Positions 1 through 8,000 of a stretch of DNA of 23,272 nt are shown in pieces. The DNA lies in the IMG/VR virus record IMGVR_UViG_3300012667_000768, one strand, 5' to 3'. This DNA is from a virus. Lineage: Duplodnaviria; Heunggongvirae; Uroviricota; Caudoviricetes. Below the pieces are notes generated by a model. That model was not told where the DNA came from. It did no database searches and worked only from the letters and a program-made list of their open reading frames with translations. Positions within the stretch are counted from its first letter, which is position 1. Every line of letters starts with the position of its first letter. A program made the translations under genes and the position numbers.

Positions 1-1
1 C

Positions 2-604
2 CAGACTCAGGTGTCTCGTACAATAAGCGGGAGGGGCGTAACAGCCTCTCCCGGATACCATATGTGGTCATTTGATATTAGCTATAATCCGCTAACACGT
101 GAAGAATTTGAACCTGTCTCAGCTTTCCTAGAGGGAAGAAGAGGCAGGTTAAAACCGTTCTACGTTATTCTGCCCCAGCATTCTAGACCACAAGATAGTA
201 GCTTTAGAACTCTATGTGAGAATAACTTAAACGCTATCACTGTTAGTGGCGCTCATAACGCTGGAGCACAAAATCTTATGATCAGTGGAGTATCCTCAGG
301 GACTCCGAAGACTGGGGACTTCTTTACGGTAACAGATTCTAGTGATACAAACCATAAGAAAGCTTATAAGATAGTTAGAGTAGAAGACTCTACTACATAT
401 CAAACTGGAACTACGGCTCCAACGTCTACACAAAGAAGAATCTGGACTCAGCCAGCTCTATCAAGAGCTGTAACTTCTGGTTCAGTGATTAACTTTGTAG
501 ACCCTAAATTTAGAGTGATCCAAAAAGGAGATACATTCGAGTACGATCTAGATACTGATAGCCTATATCAGTTCTCTCTATCGCTGGAAGAAATACTACC
601 ATGA
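2..604 (+). CDS. pb9: Distal tail protein (Dit), T5 pb9-like; 5'-truncated at the window edge
   Basis: The frame is open from base 2 (CAG ACT CAG GTG...), so the GTG at 11 is probably not the true start. Motifs W-x-F-x-I-S-Y, V-I-L-P-Q-H, P-K-T-G-D-F-F, K-A-Y-K-I and terminal S-L-S-L-E-E-I-L parallel T5 pb9 as recalled. It lies directly upstream of a pb3-like gene with an ATGA overlap (601-604). Confidence 0.82.
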   Translation, partial: QTQVSRTISGRGVTASPGYHMWSFDISYNPLTREEFEPVSAFLEGRRGRLKPFYVILPQHSRPQDSSFRTLCENNLNAITVSGAHNAGAQNLMISGVSSGTPKTGDFFTVTDSSDTNHKKAYKIVRVEDSTTYQTGTTAPTSTQRRIWTQPALSRAVTSGSVINFVDPKFRVIQKGDTFEYDLDTDSLYQFSLSLEEILP

Positions 605-3600
605 GTTTAACAGAAAGACCCGTTAATGAAGCACTAAAAACCTTGCTCGTAAATAACGAGCCTTTTCAGTATGCTCACTTAGTTAAGTTTGAGAGACCTT
701 CAAGACCGGATGCACTATCCGGTCTTACCTCTACAGCTAAACAAAGATATACCTATTTAACAGACGCTAGCATAAACGTGTCTTTTGATGATGGTAGTAC
801 AGATCTACAAGGTACTAATAATGGCAGCCAAACTTATTTAGCTAATAAACTATTTAATGTAGGCGCTATCCAAGAACAAACTAAAGCCACTGCTTCTCAG
901 ACTTCCATAGTTGTGGATGGCAATGCTTTAGGGGCAGAAATATCTTTCAATGCAACTATAGCAAGTGCTGGGAGCGACCAATGGGATCTAACCTTACAGG
1001 CTCCGATAAATACGGACGATGTATTATTAGAAGGATTCAGGGAGGGAGATAAAGTACTGATTAATGATATTCCGGTAAACGTACATAGCTTTAGAGCTAA
1101 TAACGTTTTAAGAGTATCAAAAATAGATAATAATCTTACTACGACAGCTACACCTACTGCCATTGTGATGAAGCTATCTTCAGAGGAAATCATCAGTATT
1201 CTTCTTAATAAGAATAACATCGAGTACGCCTCCTTTATTAATAGAGAAGTCTATATTTATAGAGCGTACTTCAAAGATGGAGCCTTAGTAGGCACACCTA
1301 TTGCTTTATTTAAAGGAATCATTTATAATGTCGCTTTCGCAGATACAGAAGGCGATATCAAAGTAACTTGGGGTCTTACTAGCCATTGGGGAGACTTCGC
1401 TCAAGTAAAAGGAAGAATCACTTCTGACACTTTCCATAGAGCATTAGATGAGAACGGAAGACCTCAGGCAGACTCGGCTCTTAAGCCTATTTACGCATAT
1501 GATAAAGGTTTCAACCACGCTGAAAGCTCAGTAAATATGCTAGCTAAGTATACTGTAATGGTAGATAAGCAAGATACAAAATTTAAAAAAGGGTTTCTTG
1601 GTATTGGAGCAAAGGTAAAAGTAACTACTTATAAAGCTCCAGAAGATAGAACAACAAATCTTGACTTTCAGTTAAATGCAAAAGCAATACCACTTGTTTA
1701 CGGAGTACGTAAGCTAGATGGTATATATGTGTTTGCCGATACACTGAATAATGATAGCTCAGAAGTCTATGTTGTAGCTGCTCTTTGTGAAGGAGAAATC
1801 GGTGGTATATATGATTTGTATATAGATGGTAATAGTCTTATCTGTAATGATAAGGCAGATTCAGATGCTAGATCTACGCAAAATACCGACCAGACAGTCG
1901 AAGTCATATGTAGAGGTAGAGCAGATAGAGGTGATGCACTAGGAGGAGCTATTGCTACTACTACTCCATACTTATTCTATGATGCCGAAACAGCAGCGTA
2001 CTCAATTGGGGATCCCTACCTTGGTAACTATATCTTTGATTGGTATGCTTTAGGGTATGGTACAGCGGCAGAACCAACATATAATACAGCCGGAATAGTA
2101 GATGGAGAGAGCATCAGTTTAACCTCTCCGCAGACACTTACACTAGACTTCTTTAGTGGTAAAACTGGACAGAAAGCTTCTGCTCAACTAAGTCAGATAG
2201 CGTTTCAGAAAAACTTTAAAATACAAAACGCATACTGGAATGGAACAGATACTTCAGAATATTGGGGACCAAACCATAGACTAGCAGATACTGCCTATGT
2301 AGTAGGTAGGATAAAGATAGCAGAAGGCGAAACATCAGTACCAGAAGTTGCGTATGTCGTAAGAGGAAAAGTTATTGACTGCTATAATTATGATTATAGT
2401 TACAGACACGACGATAAAGTAGCAGGCGAAAGTGCTGCTAATTTCCTTTTAGGACAAACAGTTACTCTTTATAACGAGTCCGACCAAGTTATAAACTTAG
2501 ATGTACAAATTGTAGATAAGTGGTCATTTAGAAATCCAGATGGCTCAATTCAGTGGAGATTTAGATTTAATACTACTCCTGCCCTGAATTATGGGGCTGA
2601 CGGTAGACCTTCTGTAAAACGATTTTATATGAAGTCAGGTTCAAATAAGTGGACTATGACTACCTTCAATTATGATATTCTTACCAGCACTACTATCCCA
2701 GGAGCTATATCTTCTCCAATCAGTAGTTTAAATAATTCGAGCGGATTACTTATCGTAAACTATAGCTCAAATGCTTATATGGCGGTTGACAGTGACCCGA
2801 TAGAATCATCAGCTTCTTTCATGATTGTTAAGTCAGACTACTCTAGTATTGATGGCATGTCAATTGCAAATACACTATTAGTAGGTACGGCGTCCGCCAC
2901 CGCACTTAATTCAAAGTATCCATATATAGCAGCAAGTGCAGAAGCAGATTCAATACCCGCCGGAGCCTTACTAGCCTCTAAGAACACTGTGAGATTGCCT
3001 TCTTCAGCTTCTTCTACAGCAGACTACTACAAGGGCGACCTACTAGAAATTGTAAGGTATAACTCTTTAACAGGTAAAAGTTTAGTACAGACTGCCGAAA
3101 TCGTTGGGTACGATGGAACAAATAAAGTAGCTACCATAGATGGTATGTTCGACTTTGTTCCTACAAATACCGACAAAATAAGAATCTATCCTAAGTGGGC
3201 AGACTCAAGAGTATCAATTAATCCAGCAATACAAACTCTAGATTATGTTACTTCTAAAACTTATGGTAAAGGTCTAGATATTGTAAAAGATATAAATCTG
3301 CCTTCATGGACACTAGCTTCAAGAAAGTGTGACACTAGATCTGATATTACTGTAAGAGCTTCTTCAGATATTTTTGCTACACAGGGAGCTATATATAGAT
3401 ACCCGGCTTCCGGTAATATAGTATGGCAGGGAGTAGTGCTAGAAAGTACTAGTGGTAGTCCTTATGTAAGATTTACAGGTGAACTTTCATATGATGGTCC
3501 TATAGGTAAATTAACAAATAAATGGAATAATTGGAAGAGCTGGAAAACAGGCGACGTGGTATATAACTCTAGTTATGTATTATATACTATAACTTCTGAC

Positions 3601-5025
3601 GGCGTACTAACTACTGAACCTACACATACTTCTGGAACAATAGGAAATGCTCAGTTCTTATCTGCTATAACTTTAACAAAGGTAAGCGGAACAGGACCAA
3701 GCACTATAACATTAACAGACTCTAGCTTTGGTAATCCTGTTCAGTCAATCAGAAACTCACAAAAGATTTCTGGTTATTCTCTGTATGACGCCGATGATAT
3801 TAACTACTGGAGATACAGTGGATGGGATTCTCATGATCAACGTTGCGTAACTAAGAATCAATGTAATATTCAGATTGATACAGCTCAGCCTTTATTTGAT
3901 AATGTTAATGCAATGTTAGAGCATTATAATGGTATAATGAGGTACACCGCAGGCCAATACTACCTAGACGTAGAAGAAACAGCAGGAACTATTTCTTTAT
4001 CCGATATAAGAACTATTACTGCTGATGATATTATAGGTAAGATTCAGTTAAGTGATGAAGGTACTAGATCGGCGTTCAACTCATTAACTGCGGCATTTGC
4101 TGATCCAGCGAATAAGTATGAAGCCAGAAATATTTCCTTCTTTAACTCCGATTATCTAAAAGCAGATAGGAATGTACCAAAGAAGGGTAACTTAAGCATT
4201 CCAGGTATTACCAATTATTATAACACTAGACTTCTTGCCGATGGATTCTTAAATAAGTCTAGATTCGGGTTATCCCTCAATCTAACAGTAAGATCCCACG
4301 GCGTCTTAATGCTAGCTGGAACCATTATTCAGATTGTATATCCAAGATATGACTGGACTGGAACTGGAAAGAAGTTTAGAATTGAGTCTATAAATTACCA
4401 ACCAGACGGTAGTGCAGACATTGTAGCTAAAGAATATGACGATAGTTTTTATTCTCTATCTAATATCAAAGGCTCCACTGGTACGGGACCAACTGTGAAT
4501 ACGCCCAGAAATTCAATGGGCAGCCCTACTAATCTAATTGTAACTAGTGCGGACTCTGAAGATGAATTATTAAATGGTGTTGAGTTATTCTGGGATAACG
4601 ACCCTAACGCTAACTCAAGTAACGTCTATACAGAAGTCTACGGAGGTCTCTGTCCTAATCTATTCGTAGAAGTAACAGGAATTTCCGGAACAACTATTAC
4701 AACAAGCGCTGCACATGAATTAGTACCAGGTATGCCAATATATCCACAAGATAGTTCAAATGGCATTTCCAGTGATACTATATATTATGTAGTAGAAATA
4801 GATATAGACGACGTTCCAAATACTTTTTCTATATCAGCTACAAAGAATAGTGAGACAGGAGATTCGTTTACTTCTGGAACAGGCTTATCACTAAACATAA
4901 GAACAGCCACTCTATTGGCTACTGTACCCGTACCTATTAGGTCCTATGTAGATAACGTCGTGAATGACGGAACAGGACGAGTAGAAAAATACTACTGGGT
5001 AAGACATAAGGTAAATCAAGTATGA
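601..5025 (+). CDS. pb3: Baseplate hub / tail tip protein, T5 pb3-like, enlarged (1474 aa)
   Basis: Blocks matching recalled T5 pb3: DF..V.GR.T.D..HR, LDF.L.AK.IP.VYGV.K..GI..FADT, VYVV.A..EGEI.G..D, L.DTAY, QTLDYVTS..YG, YWRY.GW, FNS..A...DPA, ITNYY..R..AD..L.KSR. It has a C-terminal FNIII-like segment and follows Dit. Confidence 0.88.
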   Translation: MSLTERPVNEALKTLLVNNEPFQYAHLVKFERPSRPDALSGLTSTAKQRYTYLTDASINVSFDDGSTDLQGTNNGSQTYLANKLFNVGAIQEQTKATASQTSIVVDGNALGAEISFNATIASAGSDQWDLTLQAPINTDDVLLEGFREGDKVLINDIPVNVHSFRANNVLRVSKIDNNLTTTATPTAIVMKLSSEEIISILLNKNNIEYASFINREVYIYRAYFKDGALVGTPIALFKGIIYNVAFADTEGDIKVTWGLTSHWGDFAQVKGRITSDTFHRALDENGRPQADSALKPIYAYDKGFNHAESSVNMLAKYTVMVDKQDTKFKKGFLGIGAKVKVTTYKAPEDRTTNLDFQLNAKAIPLVYGVRKLDGIYVFADTLNNDSSEVYVVAALCEGEIGGIYDLYIDGNSLICNDKADSDARSTQNTDQTVEVICRGRADRGDALGGAIATTTPYLFYDAETAAYSIGDPYLGNYIFDWYALGYGTAAEPTYNTAGIVDGESISLTSPQTLTLDFFSGKTGQKASAQLSQIAFQKNFKIQNAYWNGTDTSEYWGPNHRLADTAYVVGRIKIAEGETSVPEVAYVVRGKVIDCYNYDYSYRHDDKVAGESAANFLLGQTVTLYNESDQVINLDVQIVDKWSFRNPDGSIQWRFRFNTTPALNYGADGRPSVKRFYMKSGSNKWTMTTFNYDILTSTTIPGAISSPISSLNNSSGLLIVNYSSNAYMAVDSDPIESSASFMIVKSDYSSIDGMSIANTLLVGTASATALNSKYPYIAASAEADSIPAGALLASKNTVRLPSSASSTADYYKGDLLEIVRYNSLTGKSLVQTAEIVGYDGTNKVATIDGMFDFVPTNTDKIRIYPKWADSRVSINPAIQTLDYVTSKTYGKGLDIVKDINLPSWTLASRKCDTRSDITVRASSDIFATQGAIYRYPASGNIVWQGVVLESTSGSPYVRFTGELSYDGPIGKLTNKWNNWKSWKTGDVVYNSSYVLYTITSDGVLTTEPTHTSGTIGNAQFLSAITLTKVSGTGPSTITLTDSSFGNPVQSIRNSQKISGYSLYDADDINYWRYSGWDSHDQRCVTKNQCNIQIDTAQPLFDNVNAMLEHYNGIMRYTAGQYYLDVEETAGTISLSDIRTITADDIIGKIQLSDEGTRSAFNSLTAAFADPANKYEARNISFFNSDYLKADRNVPKKGNLSIPGITNYYNTRLLADGFLNKSRFGLSLNLTVRSHGVLMLAGTIIQIVYPRYDWTGTGKKFRIESINYQPDGSADIVAKEYDDSFYSLSNIKGSTGTGPTVNTPRNSMGSPTNLIVTSADSEDELLNGVELFWDNDPNANSSNVYTEVYGGLCPNLFVEVTGISGTTITTSAAHELVPGMPIYPQDSSNGISSDTIYYVVEIDIDDVPNTFSISATKNSETGDSFTSGTGLSLNIRTATLLATVPVPIRSYVDNVVNDGTGRVEKYYWVRHKVNQV

Positions 5026-8000
5026 CAACATATTATTCTTCGTTTTATCCTATCGAGAGCGCTGACGGAGCCAAAGGTTCCGCAGCGTTTCTTGGAGCGA
5101 TAACTACTACTATTATATACTTATATAAAAGATCTTCCGTAGTATTATCCGATTCGGATAAGCCTGATGGGGATGTTGTATATACATTTGCTACTGCAGA
5201 TATTAATAGTTCAGAAATCACAAACGGTTGGTCTGAAACAATACCTTCCGGTTCCGATCCATTATACATAGTAGCAGCTACTGCCACAGGCATAAATCCT
5301 ACTGATACTATAGCTGCTAACGAGTGGTCTAGTCCCACTATATTTGCTCAGAGTGGTATGAGTACTGCAACTATCTTCCTGTTTAAGAGAAGTAATAGTC
5401 CAACACTACCTTCTGCTCCTAGCGGAAATACTACGTATACTTTTGCCTCTGGTATTCTAAGTGGTGATCTATATGGCTGGTCTCAGACAGCTCCTGATAC
5501 TGAACTAGGTAAATATTTATTTGCCACCACAGCCACTGCAATTAGTACGTCTTCAACAGATACTATCTCAAATACAGAATGGGCTAGCGTAGTTGTTTTA
5601 ACGGTAAATGGTGAGAATGGTACCGATGGCGATGATGGAGCTACAGGACTAACGGCTTATCTAACTAATGAGGCACATATCTTGCCCGCGTCTTATGATG
5701 GTGCTGTTTTAAACTATGATGGAGCATCTGGTCAATTCAAAATTTATCAGCAGAATATAGGTGATGTCTCTTCTAGTTTTACACTAAGTACTGTATCTAA
5801 TCCTCAGGCTTTAACAGTAGCGTATTCAACTAATAGTTATACTATTAGCGGCGGTTTAGGAGACTTAGAAGATTCTGCTACTTTGACTATTAGGGCGACG
5901 GGCAGTGGAGCTTATAGTGGCGTATCTATCGACAAAGTATTTACACTAACTAAGTCCAAAGCAGGTACAGACGGTTCTAGTGCTAAACTATTATCTGTAA
6001 CTTCTGATAGACAGATCGTAAATTACTCCGGCACAGGGAGTTTAAATCCAACAAGCCAGACTACAAACTTTACAGTATATAGACAAAATACTACAGCTAC
6101 AGTAACTTGGACAATAAAAGATACTCTAGGAAATACACTAACTCCTGCTACTTATCTAAGTGGAACTACAGGGACTACAAATAGTATGACTGCCGCTCAG
6201 TTTACTGCCGCTATATCTGTAAACGGAGCTAGAGGTGTTGTGGTTACAGCATCTTTAACAGACGGCACTACTTTAACCGATAGCATAACGCTAGTCAAAG
6301 TAGTCGATGGTGCTGATGGACAAGATGGAAATGACGGTAGCTCTGGAATAGTAATAAATCTTTCTAATGATAATGTTACTGTCACGGCAGCATCGGACGG
6401 CTCAAGCCCTGTACTAACTCCAGCAGTAACTACTGTATATATTTACGAAGGGGCAACAGACGTCTCATCTAGTTGGAGCGTTACAGCTACTCCTAGTGCT
6501 GGCGTTACTGGTACACTATCAGGTAAAACTTATACTGTAACAGGCTTTACTCCCGACACAGGATATGTAGATTTTACTGCTACTAGAAGTGGTTTTGCTA
6601 ATCAAACTATTCGATTTACTCTAAGTAAGGCCAAGGCTGGTACAAATGGTACTCCTGCTACAATGTATGAGGTAGAGGCATCAACTTCTGCTATTCGTAA
6701 AGATAGCTCCGGTACGTACTCACCTACAGCATTAGCAGTAAATGCCTATAGCACAACTGGCTCTTCAGGTAGATCTTCATATGCAGGCAGATTCATAATT
6801 GCTACTAGCGGAGACGGCTCAACTTATACAAATAGATATACGAGTGGCTCTAATGAAGGAACTTACTCTTACTCTCTAATAGCGGGTATAACTCACGTTA
6901 GAGTAAGACTATACGCGGCCGGAGGAACAAGTACCTTACTGGACGAAGAAATTATTCCAGTAGTAAGTGATGGTACAAATGGGACTGACGGGACTGACGG
7001 GACTGACGGAGACGATGGTTCTCCTGCTATAAGCGGTTATCTATCTTCGGAATCCGCTAACGTATTTACCTTTGCTGATGGTACCCCCGTTAATTTTAAT
7101 GGAATAAATGGTTTCTTTAAAATTATATCTGGTAACTCTGATGTTACATCCCTTGCCACTGGACTAAGTGCGACTGCATCTGGGTGTACAGGAACAGTAA
7201 ATACAGCTGATAATAATCCAGTAAATGGTCAAGTAAAAGGATTCTATAGAGTAACTGCCATGACGGGAGATACCGCTACTTTAACTTTAAGCGGTACGTA
7301 CAATGGAGTAACTATAACTAAGACTTATAGTTTGAGTAAAACTAAGGCTGGTTATGAGATCGTATCCTCTTTACCTACAACTAATCTATTTCAGGGTAGA
7401 ACAGTAGTTCTTACTACGGATAATAAAATATATAGGTATACTGGATCGGCATGGACCGCGGAAGTACCCGCAGTAGATATTAGTGGTACTTTAGCTGATG
7501 CACAGATAGCTGCAGTAGCCGCTTCTAAAGTTACAGGACAACTAACTAGTGCACAGATAGCTTCTATTAATGCCGCTACCCAGCTTACTGGCGTGGTTCC
7601 TTTAGTAAATATACCTACTATACCAACTACAAATTTATCAGGTACAATCAGTACTACACAGATAGCTGATGATGCTATTACTACAGCAAAAATAGCTGCT
7701 AATGCTATTACTGCTACAGAAATTGCGGCGGATACTATTACATCGAATCAGATTGCAGCAAACGCTATTACTTCAAATGAACTAGCAGCAAATTCGGTTA
7801 CAGCAGGTAAGATACAGGCAGGAAGTATCACGGCTACAGAAATAGCTTCAAATACTATTACAGCCGCTAAATTAGTCGCAGGCAGTATTACGGCTAATGA
7901 AATAGCTGCGAATACTATCACTGCTGCTAAGATTCAAGCAGGAGCCATTACCGCTAATGAAATAGCTGCAAATACTATTACAGCTGCTAAGATAGCTAGT

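Noticed and set aside
897-1220. Antisense or alternate-frame ORFs in the track (897-1220, 5045-5338, 6197-6385, 9985-10179, 12013-12264, 13036-13368, 14330-14599, 14340-14555, 15194-15565, 15812-16012, 18267-18512, 18542-18730, 19025-19390, 19866-20117, 20847-21137, 21290-21478, 21557-21769)
   Set aside because: All lie within or across well-supported genes, have no recognisable motifs and look like shadow ORFs of biased codon usage.
5007-5025. Programmed -1 frameshift fusing hub and fibre
   Set aside because: No X-XXY-YYZ heptamer or downstream stimulatory structure is evident, and the fibre has its own SD and ATG. The junction is kept only as the split-FNIII finding.
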